DNA from: an uncultured Rothia sp.
Lineage (GTDB): Bacteria; Actinomycetota; Actinomycetes; Actinomycetales; Micrococcaceae
Assembly (NCBI RefSeq): GCF_946222285.1
Contig: NZ_CAMIIP010000003.1
DNA: 64,000 nt
Reading direction: 5' to 3' (one strand)
This document shows, piece after piece, positions 39,890-50,481 of this stretch. Made by a program: the position numbers and the translations under genes. The notes under the pieces were generated by a model. The model was not told where the DNA came from. It did no database searches and worked only from the letters and a program-made list of their open reading frames with translations. Within the stretch, counting starts at the first letter, position 1; each line of letters starts with the position of its first letter.

Positions 39890-41023
39890 ATGATTAATGA
39901 AACTCTTGCCCAGTGGAGCGAGCTGTTCATGTATTTAGCGGCACTCATTTATGTGGTGGCATTTATTGCTTTCACTTGGGATGTTGCCGCAAATTCGCGT
40001 ACCACTCGTCGTCTAGAAGCTGAAGGGGCAGCAGAGAACACCGTTCCCCGGCGAACTGCCCAACTGGTGGGCGCAGGGAGCCGCGTTTCATCGTCCGCAG
40101 AAGCCAGTACAGAAAAGCCCGCATCGACTACTAAGACGGCGGGGCGTGTTACTAGCACTGAACAGGGAACGGGTGCTCGTGGCATGGGCTTCAAAGAGTC
40201 TGCAGCTGCAAAGCTAAAAGACGAAGTCGCAGACGGTTCGATGATGTGGGGAACCGGCACTCGCAAGCGCACTGCAGCTCGCATTGCTGTTGCAGTGATG
40301 GCTCTCGGTGCGCTTGTTCACCTAGCGGGTGTTCTCTGCCGTGCTTTTGCTGCCGGTCGTGTGCCTTGGGGCAACATGTACGAATTTTGTACCACCGGCG
40401 CCTTGGTTGTATCGGTTGTCTATCTGGTTTCGCTGATTTTCCGCGATTTGCGTTTTGTGGGCGTGTTGGTTTCCGGATTGGCTTTGATTATGATGACGGC
40501 GGCAACTATCGGTTTCCCCACCCCAGTCGGGCACCTCAAGCCAGCTCTACAGTCTTACTGGCTGGTAATTCACGTGTCAATCGCTGTGCTTGCCTCGGGC
40601 GTTTTTACTATTACTTTTGCCATGGCGATTCTGCAGCTTATTCAAACTCACCGCGAACGGGATATTATCTCGGGCAGAGGCTCTCGCTGGAACTTTATGC
40701 GCCTGGTACCTTCTTCTCAGGCATTGGAAAACTTTGCTTTCCGCCTCAACGCGGTGGGATTCGTGATGTGGACCTTCACGCTGGCAGCGGGTGCTATCTG
40801 GGCGGAGAAAGCCTGGGGCCGCTACTGGGGCTGGGATACCAAAGAGGTCTGGACCTTCGTGATTTGGGTGGTCTATGCTGCCTACCTGCACGCTCGCGCT
40901 ACGCGAGGTTGGACGGGGCCTCGATCGGCTTGGCTTTCCATTGCAGGTTACCTCTGTATTATCTTCAACTTCACGATTGTGAATGTGTTCTTCTCAGGCT
41001 TACACAGCTACTCGGGACTCTAA
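39890..41023 (+). CDS. ccsB: Cytochrome c synthase CcsB/ResC
   Basis: WGRYWGWDTKE WWD domain; GLHSY. Confidence 0.94.
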   Translation: MINETLAQWSELFMYLAALIYVVAFIAFTWDVAANSRTTRRLEAEGAAENTVPRRTAQLVGAGSRVSSSAEASTEKPASTTKTAGRVTSTEQGTGARGMGFKESAAAKLKDEVADGSMMWGTGTRKRTAARIAVAVMALGALVHLAGVLCRAFAAGRVPWGNMYEFCTTGALVVSVVYLVSLIFRDLRFVGVLVSGLALIMMTAATIGFPTPVGHLKPALQSYWLVIHVSIAVLASGVFTITFAMAILQLIQTHRERDIISGRGSRWNFMRLVPSSQALENFAFRLNAVGFVMWTFTLAAGAIWAEKAWGRYWGWDTKEVWTFVIWVVYAAYLHARATRGWTGPRSAWLSIAGYLCIIFNFTIVNVFFSGLHSYSGL

Positions 41024-41662
41024 ATGTCTTTCCGAGACTTCGACTTTCTTAACGAGAAGCCTGCGAGCTGGAAAGCGATAGTGAGTTCAACGCTGTTCTT
41101 TTCTAGCTTTTGTTCCTTAATTTTTTGGTTCTTGCAGGTTATCGAAGACGGATTTTCTGCCCGTATTGAAGTAAATTCTTTGGTGGGCGCCGTCATGCTC
41201 GGTGTGATGTGTAGTCTCTTTATGCAGGTTTTTCAGAGGGTTGCTCAAAAGATAAAGATGCCCCTTGCCATCGCGCTCATTATCCTTACTTTGATATTGC
41301 TCTCTCTGGGCGGCGCCCTAGGATTCAGTCTGCTCAACAAAATTGAGACTGTCTTTTCGGTTCATTGGATGCTCGTCAGTGCGGTGGTTTGCGGAGCTTT
41401 GGCTTTACCGCTCTTGCTCGGAGAACAGTCTAAAGAATCGAACAGCCAGCGGTTACCTGTCAACCAGAGGACATATCCGCGAAAACGAGAGCAATGGTAT
41501 CTTTTCTGGCAGATTTTCCTCGGATGCGTGTGTTCGGTTAACTTTGGACTCATGCTCTGGCAGGCGGAGACGAACTGGCTAACGTTTGCCTACCTGTTGG
41601 CGGCACTGTGCTTCTTTTATAGTGCCTGGAGGAGCTATCGGAAGAACAAAAGCAATAGCTAG
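41024..41662 (+). CDS. Hypothetical membrane protein
   Basis: About 6 hydrophobic segments; abuts ccsB. Confidence 0.65.
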   Translation: MSFRDFDFLNEKPASWKAIVSSTLFFSSFCSLIFWFLQVIEDGFSARIEVNSLVGAVMLGVMCSLFMQVFQRVAQKIKMPLAIALIILTLILLSLGGALGFSLLNKIETVFSVHWMLVSAVVCGALALPLLLGEQSKESNSQRLPVNQRTYPRKREQWYLFWQIFLGCVCSVNFGLMLWQAETNWLTFAYLLAALCFFYSAWRSYRKNKSNS

Positions 41663-41708
41663 TCGGCCTTGTAAGAGACAGGATAGACGGTTAGCTGTTG
41701 AGTAAGCT

Positions 41709-42122
41709 TTACTCATCCGCTGAACCGTCTTCAGGCTTTTCCTTGTTCTCTCGGTTTAGCTTCTTGAGTTCTTCGTCAATTTTCGCATCTAACTCGGCTT
41801 CGCGCTCTTCTTCCCGACGGCGCGAATCAGCTTCGCGCTTGGCGTGGGCATCAAGGTAGCGCAGGTAGGCGACGTCGTCGTCCGGCGCTTGGGGAGCTTT
41901 GGGTTTGACCGTGCCGAAAGAGCTTGATGCTTGTGGTTGCTTACCTAAAAACAGCCAGAGGAGCGCGCCTATAATCGGGAAAACCACGATGATAAGAAAC
42001 CAGACAGTCTTAGGTACCCCTCGAACCTTCAACGCATCTGTGCGGGCACAATCAATGAGTGCATAAATTATGAGAGCCGCTAAGAGGGCTCCGCCGCCGA
42101 TAATCATCATTGCTCGAAACAT
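41709..42122 (-). CDS. PLDc N-terminal domain membrane protein
   Basis: YALIDC..PKTVW..PIIGALLW..APDDD. Confidence 0.8.
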   Translation of the reverse strand: MFRAMMIIGGGALLAALIIYALIDCARTDALKVRGVPKTVWFLIIVVFPIIGALLWLFLGKQPQASSSFGTVKPKAPQAPDDDVAYLRYLDAHAKREADSRRREEEREAELDAKIDEELKKLNRENKEKPEDGSADE

Positions 42123-42187
42123 GCTTTAAATTCTTACACGTATTTTTCTCTTCAGATAACACCAAGAATATTCGCTAGACTATTGGG

Positions 42188-42484
42188 GTGAACTTTCTCA
42201 AGTATTCCTTGCTACGTATTGGTCTCATGGTTTCCGTCTTCTTTCTGTGTCTTTGGCTCAAGGTGGGGCTGGTACTAGCCGGTATTTTCGCCGTCTTGAT
42301 TGCCTTTGCGGTTTCTTATCTCGCCTTTCCTCGACTTCACGTCGCCGCTGGCCAAGATATGCAGAGATTCTTTTCGCGCCGGTCTCGAAATAAACCTATA
42401 ACTAAGACAGCCGTAGAAGAAGATGCGGATATTGAAGATGAATATGCAGAGAACAAGCGCCGTCAGGAGGGTTTTGATTTCTAA
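42188..42484 (+). CDS. DUF4229 membrane protein
   Basis: KYSLLR, two TM helices, DADIED; adjacent to menA. Confidence 0.8.
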   Translation: MNFLKYSLLRIGLMVSVFFLCLWLKVGLVLAGIFAVLIAFAVSYLAFPRLHVAAGQDMQRFFSRRSRNKPITKTAVEEDADIEDEYAENKRRQEGFDF

Positions 42485-42486
42485 TT

Positions 42487-43404
42487 CTAATAGCCGAGGA
42501 AGGGTATATTCTCCGCGGCAAAAAGGTTGAAAGATTCTAGATAAACGGCAAGAGCTACCAGAACCGCATAAGCCAGGGCTACCAGTCCTGCCTGTTTGAG
42601 CACGGGAATAAGTGCCTTGCCGGTGTTGCCTGAGAGCACTACAAAGCAGGAGTGCGAAACGGGCCCAAACAGAATGAAAACCAGCAGGAACCAGGGATTA
42701 TGGGGGATAATCGCTACTGTGAGTAGGAGTGCTAGCATCATTTCTATGGCGTAAACACGGCGGGACCAGACCTCACCCAAGCGCACAGCCATGGTTAGCT
42801 TGCCGACTTCTCGGTCGGTGGGAATATCTCGCACGTTATTAGCCATGAGTAGGGCACAAGAGAAAAGTCCCATGGCCAGGGCAAAGATCCAGCCCTCCAG
42901 AGTGAGGCGGGCAGTTTGCGTAAAGAGAGTGCCCAAAGTTGCGACTAAGCCAAAGTAGATGAAGACAAAAACGTCGCCTAGCCCCATGTATCCGTAGGGG
43001 TGTTTACCGCCGGTATAACCCCAGGCAGCAAAAACCGATGAGGCACCGATCGCTAAGAACCACCACTGCTGGGCTAGCGTGACCAGACCCAGACCGGCAA
43101 CCATTGCCAAGCCGAAACAGAAAAAAGCAGCCGCTTTAACATGCGAGGGTTTAGCAACGCCGTAACCTACCAGGCGCAAAGGCCCCACCCGCACCTCATC
43201 GGTGCCCTTAATTCCGTCCGAGTAATCGTTAGCGTAATTCACGCCCACCTGTAAGAAGAATGCCACGAGAAAAGCTAGCAGAGCTCGCAGAGGCTTGAAC
43301 TCGCCTACCGAAAAAGCCGCAGCGGACCCCGCGATAATAGGAGCAATCGCGAGAGGGAGCGTTCGAAGTCGAGCACCTTCAATCCACTGAGCGGGAGTAG
43401 CCAC
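42487..43404 (-). CDS. menA: DHNA polyprenyltransferase
   Basis: ARLRTLP, NYANDYSD, NNVRDIPTD. Confidence 0.95.
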   Translation of the reverse strand: MATPAQWIEGARLRTLPLAIAPIIAGSAAAFSVGEFKPLRALLAFLVAFFLQVGVNYANDYSDGIKGTDEVRVGPLRLVGYGVAKPSHVKAAAFFCFGLAMVAGLGLVTLAQQWWFLAIGASSVFAAWGYTGGKHPYGYMGLGDVFVFIYFGLVATLGTLFTQTARLTLEGWIFALAMGLFSCALLMANNVRDIPTDREVGKLTMAVRLGEVWSRRVYAIEMMLALLLTVAIIPHNPWFLLVFILFGPVSHSCFVVLSGNTGKALIPVLKQAGLVALAYAVLVALAVYLESFNLFAAENIPFLGY

Positions 43405-43501
43405 AGAACACTTCTTTCTAGGGGTAAAACGTGTAGGAAAGCAACTTTTATTCTCTCACATGGCTTGCGATTGCTGGAGGCTTGTAACTGTGAGGATAAA
43501 A

Positions 43502-44698
43502 TCACCGGGCCTTATAGGCTCTTTGTAATAGCAGCGCTAGCTTTTTCCGATCTGGCTTTCCGGTGGTGAGTAAAGGAAAGCCTTTTAAAATTTCAATGTG
43601 TTTGGGTTTTTGTGCCGGACTGAGCTGGGCAGATAATTCCTTTAGCTCGTTGAGAAGCGCGCCTGAGCGCTGCCGCACATTGACAGCCGATACAACCGCA
43701 GAGCCCCACTTGGGATCAGGAACACCGCAGACGAAGGCTTCTCTTACCTCAGGGTGTTTCTCTAGCTGAGCAACAATCGGGGCGGGGGAGACTTTTACAC
43801 CACCGGTGATAATCAGGTCATCTGAACGACCTTCCACACGGAGCCTGCCATCAAGATAGGTTCCAACATCGTCGGTGCGATACCAGAAATTTCCACCGGC
43901 ATCTTTAAAGAAATGCTCTTGGGTTCTGAATTCATCAGCGAGATAACCGCTAGCAATCGTTTGCCCGCCCAGCCAAATGCGGGCGGGGGAACTGGTCTTG
44001 GCGTTGTCTTTCTCCTCTAACCTGACGCGGACGCCGGGTAGCGGTTTGCCGTTATAAATGCAACCGCCGGAAGTCTCGGCAGAGCCGTAAGTGGTGAAAA
44101 CCTTGATATTTCGTTGGCGAGCGGAAGCTAACAGAGACGCAGCGGCGGGTGCGCCACCAAGCAGAATACCGTCAAAGCATCGGAGTGCGTCCAAAATCTG
44201 CCTTTGAGTTTCGGAGGCTTCTAAGAGTGTGTGAAGCTGAGCTGGGACCAGCGAAAGCATGAGCGAAGCGGCATTCATCTGTTCAAAGGCAGATAAAAAA
44301 CTCTTGGCGGTAAAATGCTCTGCATTTGAAATAGAAGAAGTAATAACGGGTTTGGTTCCAGCTAATACCGATCGGGCTAGTACCTGCGCACCGGCAACAT
44401 AGTGAGGGGGCAGCGCCAGCATCCATTGAGCCCTTGAGACTCCCACAAACTGTTCGGTGCCCTTTGCCGAAGCGTAGAGAGCACGTGAGGAAAGTACAGT
44501 TTTTTTGGGTATTCCCGTAGAGCCGGAGGTAGTGACGACGAGCGCCGTATCCTCACTCGGACGGGCAAGGGAGTGCTCAAAACCGCGAAGAATCGTGGCT
44601 ATTTCTGAGTCAATATTATGCCCTACCGTTACGGTATGCGGTCCCAGAGAAAGGGGAGCAGGAAGAGAGGCCAACAGTGGGAAAATATCTTCAGTCAT
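43502..44698 (-). CDS. menE: o-succinylbenzoate--CoA ligase
   Basis: TSGSTGIPK, TYGSAET, GRSDD, TGKPD. Confidence 0.88.
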   Translation of the reverse strand: MTEDIFPLLASLPAPLSLGPHTVTVGHNIDSEIATILRGFEHSLARPSEDTALVVTTSGSTGIPKKTVLSSRALYASAKGTEQFVGVSRAQWMLALPPHYVAGAQVLARSVLAGTKPVITSSISNAEHFTAKSFLSAFEQMNAASLMLSLVPAQLHTLLEASETQRQILDALRCFDGILLGGAPAAASLLASARQRNIKVFTTYGSAETSGGCIYNGKPLPGVRVRLEEKDNAKTSSPARIWLGGQTIASGYLADEFRTQEHFFKDAGGNFWYRTDDVGTYLDGRLRVEGRSDDLIITGGVKVSPAPIVAQLEKHPEVREAFVCGVPDPKWGSAVVSAVNVRQRSGALLNELKELSAQLSPAQKPKHIEILKGFPLLTTGKPDRKKLALLLQRAYKAR

Positions 44699-44778
44699 AG
44701 CTCTTTCACTCTATACCCACCGGGGAAGACTAAAAGGCGGGGTGAGTCGTTGACCGCTTCGCCTCAGCATAAGAGACT

Positions 44779-45732
44779 TTAGAAGTAATAGGGGTACTGA
44801 TCCCACTGGGGCTCACGCTTTTGCAAGAAAGCATCGCGACCCTCAACCGCCTCATCGGTCATATACGCCATGCGGGTGGCTTCACCGGCAAAGACCTGCT
44901 GCCCCACCATACCGTCATCGGGCAGGTTGAAAGCAAACTTCAGCATACGAATTGCTTGCGGGGACTGGCGGGCAATATGAGCTGCGTACTCCAGTCCCTT
45001 ATTTTCCAGTTCGGTGTGAGGTACGACGTCATTGACCGCACCCATCTCGTACATGCGCTGGGCGTCGTATTCTTTGGCGAGGAAGAAGATTTCACGGGCA
45101 AACTTTTGGCCGACCTGACGAGCCAGAAGAGCCGAACCGTAACCGGCATCAAAGGAACCCACGGTGGCGTCGGTTTGCTTGAACTTACCGTATTCTTTCG
45201 AAGCGATGGTGAGATCAGCAACGACGTGCAAGGAATGTCCGCCGCCTGCCGCCCAACCCGAAACCAGCGCAACAACGATCTTGGGCATGGTGCGGATAAG
45301 CCGTTGTACCTCAAGAATATGCAGTCGCCCTGCACGTGCTGGGTCAATAGTTTCTGCTGTTTCGCCCTCTGCGTAGTGGTATCCATCGCGGCCACGAATG
45401 CGCTGATCGCCACCGGAGCAAAAAGCCCAGCCGCCGTCTTTTGTAGACGGTCCGTTGCCAGTGAGTAAAACGGTGCCTACCGAAGAGGTCATGCGGGCAT
45501 GGTCTAGAGCCCGGTAGAGCTCATCAACGGTGCCGGGGCGGAAGGCGTTGCGTACTTCGGGGCGGTCAAAGGCGATACGGACGGCGGGAAGGTCACGGAT
45601 AATCTCGCCGAGTTCGTTGCGCTCTACTTGGCGGTGGTAGGTGATGTCTTGAAAATCTTCGAACCCCTCCACTGTGCGCCAGTGGTGGGGAACGAAGATA
45701 TCTGAAACTTTTTCGGGTAGCTCAATAGTCAT
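44779..45732 (-). CDS. menB: 1,4-dihydroxy-2-naphthoyl-CoA synthase
   Basis: FCSGGDQ, GSFDAGYG. Confidence 0.97.
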   Translation of the reverse strand: MTIELPEKVSDIFVPHHWRTVEGFEDFQDITYHRQVERNELGEIIRDLPAVRIAFDRPEVRNAFRPGTVDELYRALDHARMTSSVGTVLLTGNGPSTKDGGWAFCSGGDQRIRGRDGYHYAEGETAETIDPARAGRLHILEVQRLIRTMPKIVVALVSGWAAGGGHSLHVVADLTIASKEYGKFKQTDATVGSFDAGYGSALLARQVGQKFAREIFFLAKEYDAQRMYEMGAVNDVVPHTELENKGLEYAAHIARQSPQAIRMLKFAFNLPDDGMVGQQVFAGEATRMAYMTDEAVEGRDAFLQKREPQWDQYPYYF

Positions 45733-45746
45733 AGAACCGATTCTAC

Positions 45747-47237
45747 CTATCGGCTTTTGACAGCCTGAACGGTAGCCTCGAATTCTTCTTCAATCTCCGC
45801 GTTGGGTTGGTAGGTCAGCAGAGAGACAACGACCGCCAGTACGATATTGACGATAAAGCCGGGAACGATTTCGTACATGGTGGTGTGCAAACTTTCGATG
45901 TTGCCCCAGATGAAGACGGTAATAGTTCCGCCAATTAAGCCAACGATTGCGCCCCAGTTGGTGAGCTTCTTCCAGTAGAGGGAGAGAAGAACAATAGGAC
46001 CAAACGCGGCGCCAAAACCTGCCCAAGCGAAAGAAACCAGATCCAAAATGGAGCTGTTGGGGTTAGCTGCAAGAATTGCCGCAATGAGCGCAACAACCAA
46101 CACGCCGATTCGTCCGAGCCACAGGCCCTGTGTATCGCTAAGCTTTTTGGTGCTGAAAGCACCGTAGATATCTTCTGCCAGAGCTGAGGAGCACACCACT
46201 AGCTGAGAAGAAAGAGTAGACATAATTGCTGCCAAAACCGCCGCGAGAATAAAGCCCGAGATGAAGGGATGCAAGAGGATTTGGGAGAGATCAAGGAATA
46301 CTGATTCAGCATTCTTAGTATCGGTCAGTGTTGCTTCGGGGTGCTTGGCAAAATAGGCGATACCAATCAGACCTGCGGAGCAGGCGCCGAGCACGGTAAG
46401 TATCATCCATCCGATGCCAATACGACGCGCGGTCGCGGCGTCTTTGACGGAGCGCAGAGCCATAAAGCGGGTAATAATGTGGGGCTGGCCAAAGTAGCCC
46501 AAACCCCAGGCGGCTGCCGAGACGATGCCTAAGAAAGTTGTTCCGGTAAAGAGCGATAGGGCATGGGGGTTGACGCTGTTGATGGTTTCAACGGCACCGC
46601 TGGGACCACCCACGTAGAACAGAGCCATAATGGGTAGAACGATGAGCGCTGCCAGCATGAGTAGCCCCTGCACCATATCGGTGTAGGAGGCGCCGAGGAA
46701 GCCGCCGAAGAGGGTGTAGAGAAGGGTAACACCGGCAATGAGGAGCATACCGGTGAGATAGGGGAGTCCAAAGGTTGACTGGAAGAAAACGCCACCTGCA
46801 ACCATGCCCGAAGAAGCGTAGAAGGTAAAGAAAATGAGAGTAATTAGCGAGGTGAGAATACGCAGAATCTTGGTTTTATCGCGGAGTCGGTTGTGGAAGA
46901 ATACCGGAACAGTTGAGGAGTTATGCGAAATTTCTGTGTAGCTGCGCAGGCGCGGAGCCACAATTTTCCAGTTGACCCACGTACCGATGGTGAGACCGAT
47001 CGCCATCCAGCCTTCGGCAAGACCGGTGATATAAAGCGCACCGGGCAGACCCATCAGCAGCCAGCCAGACATATCGGATGCACCGGCTGAGAGGGCGGCG
47101 GTGGTGGGGGAGAGAGAACGACCTCCGAGAATGTAATCATCAAGGTTATTGTTTTTAGATTTTGCCCAGACGCCGATGGCGATCATGGCGAGGAAGTAGA
47201 TAGCCAATGCGACTATCTGAAAGGCTTGGTCGCTCAT
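45747..47237 (-). CDS. putP: Sodium/proline symporter
   Basis: ASDMSGWLLMGLPG, WGLGYFGQPHI, YEIVPGF. Confidence 0.95.
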   Translation of the reverse strand: MSDQAFQIVALAIYFLAMIAIGVWAKSKNNNLDDYILGGRSLSPTTAALSAGASDMSGWLLMGLPGALYITGLAEGWMAIGLTIGTWVNWKIVAPRLRSYTEISHNSSTVPVFFHNRLRDKTKILRILTSLITLIFFTFYASSGMVAGGVFFQSTFGLPYLTGMLLIAGVTLLYTLFGGFLGASYTDMVQGLLMLAALIVLPIMALFYVGGPSGAVETINSVNPHALSLFTGTTFLGIVSAAAWGLGYFGQPHIITRFMALRSVKDAATARRIGIGWMILTVLGACSAGLIGIAYFAKHPEATLTDTKNAESVFLDLSQILLHPFISGFILAAVLAAIMSTLSSQLVVCSSALAEDIYGAFSTKKLSDTQGLWLGRIGVLVVALIAAILAANPNSSILDLVSFAWAGFGAAFGPIVLLSLYWKKLTNWGAIVGLIGGTITVFIWGNIESLHTTMYEIVPGFIVNIVLAVVVSLLTYQPNAEIEEEFEATVQAVKSR

Positions 47238-47363
47238 GCGAACCCCTTTAAGCCGAGAAAATGTGACCTAGGAAATAATAGCCTGTGATTTGCCACCTAG
47301 TCTCGAAAGGGAGTGAATAAAACAAAAACTATTTTGTTAAGAATAACTTATAAAAATAATTAA

Positions 47364-48347
47364 TTAATCCTTCAAAGAGCGCGGAGGTACGATCGGAATC
47401 TGACCGGTTTTAGTTGAAACGATAGCCGTAAGAACTGCTGTATGACTCGAAATTTTATGGGCAGAACGATTGGTCTGCCAGACTAAAACAGCTCCGGATA
47501 CAGCAATCAGTAAAATACCCAGATAAGACCAGAAAGGTAACACTTCGCCGAGAAGCAAAAGCCCAATAATAGCACCATTGACCGGATCTAGGCTAAAGAG
47601 AACACCGATTACAGCCGCGGACGTGAGTCTACCCGCCAGCGCATCAGCTGAATAGGCAAAGGCCACCCCGAGAACCCCTCCGGCAAATATCCGAAGCCAA
47701 TCCTCGCCGTCCAAATGTGGAAGAGTAGGAAGAGAAAAAGGCGCAAAAATGATTGCCGAACCGCAGATCGACAGGGTCAAGCCCCTAAGCCCGGAAACTG
47801 CCGAGGAGCCCTGCCCCATACGGGCAGAAAGAAGCGTGTAACCCGCCATAGACACTGCACTGAGTGCAGCAAAAAGATAACCAATAACTTGAGAATCTTC
47901 AAATGTTGGTCCGGCAATGAGAATAACACCCACCAGCGCACCCAAAGAAAGCATGCCGTCGCGTAGACGGCGCACACCGAGTAGAGAAACGCTAAAAGCA
48001 CCCAGATATTCGATGGTTACAACGATGCCTAATGGCAGATATTTGACTGCCTGAAAATAGCCGGTAGTCATGAGACAAACCACCACCGAATAAATCAGAA
48101 CCTGCGGCCAGTCGCCTTTCTTGAGTGCAAAGGGATTAGGTCTGACAGCTAGAAGCAAAATGAGAGCTGCCGCAGCCATCCTGAGCCCTGCCACCGCCAC
48201 GGGTGAGAACGTATCAAATAAAGCAGAAAGCAAAGCGGTCGAAGACTGAATGCCAATCGACCCTGACATCACCAAGAGAAAAGCAGCCGTTCCACGCTGA
48301 TGCGGCGGGATACGCTGAATAAGTCCTGTGCGTCCGAGGTTAGACAT
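47364..48347 (-). CDS. EamA/DMT transporter (RhtA-like)
   Basis: 10 TM segments; LPLGIVVTIEYLG, SLDP. Confidence 0.85.
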   Translation of the reverse strand: MSNLGRTGLIQRIPPHQRGTAAFLLVMSGSIGIQSSTALLSALFDTFSPVAVAGLRMAAAALILLLAVRPNPFALKKGDWPQVLIYSVVVCLMTTGYFQAVKYLPLGIVVTIEYLGAFSVSLLGVRRLRDGMLSLGALVGVILIAGPTFEDSQVIGYLFAALSAVSMAGYTLLSARMGQGSSAVSGLRGLTLSICGSAIIFAPFSLPTLPHLDGEDWLRIFAGGVLGVAFAYSADALAGRLTSAAVIGVLFSLDPVNGAIIGLLLLGEVLPFWSYLGILLIAVSGAVLVWQTNRSAHKISSHTAVLTAIVSTKTGQIPIVPPRSLKD

Positions 48348-49323
48348 TCTTTGCTTCCTTCCATACATCGTTGTTCACAACCCAAGCTGCGGTAGTAGGC
48401 TCTGAGTGAGTCAACGCTTCCAGCATCTCTTGGACAGTCTGCGGAAATCTCTCCGCGCCATCGCGAAAAATCTTAGCAAGGGGAATGGATGCTGAAATGA
48501 GCTTCAGAACGTCTTTGCTCGTATGCCCTTCTTCTGTAATTTCTGTGAGGGTAACGGCGCCGTCCCTTTTCGCCAATCGCTGCCCTGCCTCGTTAAGAGC
48601 AAGGGGAACATGCCGGTAACGAGGGGCTGTAAAACCTAGAAGATTAGCTAGGTAAGCCTGACGTGGGGCTGAAGGGAGAAGATCATCCCCCCGAACTATC
48701 TGAGTAACTTTTTGAAAATGGTCATCTACAACCGAAGCTAGGTTGTAAGCGGGAGTACCGTCGTTGCGAACCAATACAAAGTCATCCACAACCCCGGTGA
48801 AAGAACCCAAATTATCGTCTATCACCGTGTACTGGCTGAGTGAGCTCCTGAGTCGAAGAGCGCCCGGACGAGTTCGACGGCGATCCTGCCGTTCAGCTTC
48901 ACTCAGATGACGGCATGTGCCTGGATAAGCACCGGGAGCTGCATGAGGGGCGCTCGCCGCTGTCTGAATCTCTTTTCGAGTACAAAAACACTCATAAATT
49001 AGTCCTTGTTCTTGGAGTGAATCGGTAATTTCCTGGTAGAGATGCAAACGTTCACTTTGGAAAAGAACGGGACCATCCCAATCGATTCCCAAGGTTTTTA
49101 AATCTGCCAGCTGTCGCTCAGCGGAACCTTTCTTCACTCGGTCTAGATCTTCTACTCGCATCACAAAACCGCCCTGAGCGTTGCGAGCATAAAGCCAGGC
49201 TAGAAGGGCCGTGCGTAGGTTACCCAGGTGTAAATCTCCCGAGGGGGAGGGGGCATAACGTCCAAGAATTGGTTGGTCGAGAGAAAATTGCCGAGCCACA
49301 GAAGAATTATTCACGTATCCCAT
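48340..49323 (-). CDS. gluQ: tRNA glutamyl-Q(34) synthetase
   Basis: RYAPSPSGDLHLGN, RGDDL, LAKRDG; lacks an anticodon-binding domain. Confidence 0.92.
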   Translation of the reverse strand: MGYVNNSSVARQFSLDQPILGRYAPSPSGDLHLGNLRTALLAWLYARNAQGGFVMRVEDLDRVKKGSAERQLADLKTLGIDWDGPVLFQSERLHLYQEITDSLQEQGLIYECFCTRKEIQTAASAPHAAPGAYPGTCRHLSEAERQDRRRTRPGALRLRSSLSQYTVIDDNLGSFTGVVDDFVLVRNDGTPAYNLASVVDDHFQKVTQIVRGDDLLPSAPRQAYLANLLGFTAPRYRHVPLALNEAGQRLAKRDGAVTLTEITEEGHTSKDVLKLISASIPLAKIFRDGAERFPQTVQEMLEALTHSEPTTAAWVVNNDVWKEAKNV

Positions 49324-49464
49324 CGTAGGTGAAGCTCCGGTCTAGAGGCGAAAATGTGATTTCGGGGGTAGTAGGATAAAAGAAAGCTGTGAATCACAAC
49401 GCAACAGTGTCTCAATCTATGAAATAAAAGGTCTAATTCAGGTTCGTCAAGTACCTTTGTATAT

Positions 49465-50379
49465 ATGGCACGTACAAACGAAATCTCGGACGGCGTTTAT
49501 CTCATTAGCACCGATAACTATCGTCTGAATTCAGGGCTCATCGTGGGCGCTGACAAAGCTATGGTAATTGATACTGGCGCTGGTCCCAGGCAGGGGGCGG
49601 AGGTGCTTCGAGCCGTGCGCCGAATTACCGAATTACCGTTGGTTGTGGTCAATACGCACGCTCACTTTGACCGTTTTATGGGCAACGCTGTTTTTGAGGC
49701 CGACGGAACCACCGACTTCTGGGCTCACCCGCGCGCTGCTCGCGCTATTGAGCTCTACGGCGATTTGCAACGATCCTATCTTGAAGTTTTAGAACCAGAG
49801 ATGGCTCATGCGCAGGGGCCGAACACTCACCTTGTTCTTCCTCGCCGTTTTCTACCCGGTGATGGCACCCGTGCGTCCTTTACCCGCGTTGAACTAGGGG
49901 AACGGGCAGTAACCCTTTTCTATTTGGGCCTGGCGCATACCGATTCTGATGTGTTGGTGGGTGTAGATGACGTTCTCTTCTGCGGCGATTTGGTAGAACA
50001 GGGCTCTGATCCAGCTTTTGATGATGCTTACCCCGAGTCATGGGTTTCTACTTTGAACGATCTTGCCGGGCTTGACCGCTACCGGGTGTTTGTACCGGGG
50101 CACGGCGTTCCTGTTGAACAGAGTTTTATTACCAGAATGGCTTCGACGATGCAGAACGCTATTGAGGTTATTCAAGCGGCTACACAGGGAGAAGACGCTA
50201 AACCCACTACTGCCGCTATGTATAAGCTCCCTTATTCTGGCGGCTCCACCCGTATCCTCCTTGATCGCATGGACTGGCTAGAGAAACAAGAAAATCGAGG
50301 GAAGGGGCTCTCAACAGTACAATTTGATGACGCTCCTACCGGTCTGACCGGACCGATTACTATCGGTAAAGCTTTCTAA
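49465..50379 (+). CDS. MBL-fold metallo-hydrolase
   Basis: THAHFDR (the usual last His is Arg), AHT, GD, PGHG. Confidence 0.85.
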   Translation: MARTNEISDGVYLISTDNYRLNSGLIVGADKAMVIDTGAGPRQGAEVLRAVRRITELPLVVVNTHAHFDRFMGNAVFEADGTTDFWAHPRAARAIELYGDLQRSYLEVLEPEMAHAQGPNTHLVLPRRFLPGDGTRASFTRVELGERAVTLFYLGLAHTDSDVLVGVDDVLFCGDLVEQGSDPAFDDAYPESWVSTLNDLAGLDRYRVFVPGHGVPVEQSFITRMASTMQNAIEVIQAATQGEDAKPTTAAMYKLPYSGGSTRILLDRMDWLEKQENRGKGLSTVQFDDAPTGLTGPITIGKAF

Positions 50380-50481
50380 AGGTAGGGCACGAAACGTTTA
50401 GGCGCTGGAGGGCGGGGAATCCCAATCTTCAGCGTTTGTTTTATACGCCTTTGCCCTCAAAATTCGAGCAGGGTCCTACTC

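Noticed and set aside
40246..41052. 268-aa Cys-rich alternative-frame ORF, and similar overlapping ORFs throughout the track
   Set aside because: They lie inside well-supported genes and reflect codon-bias shadows
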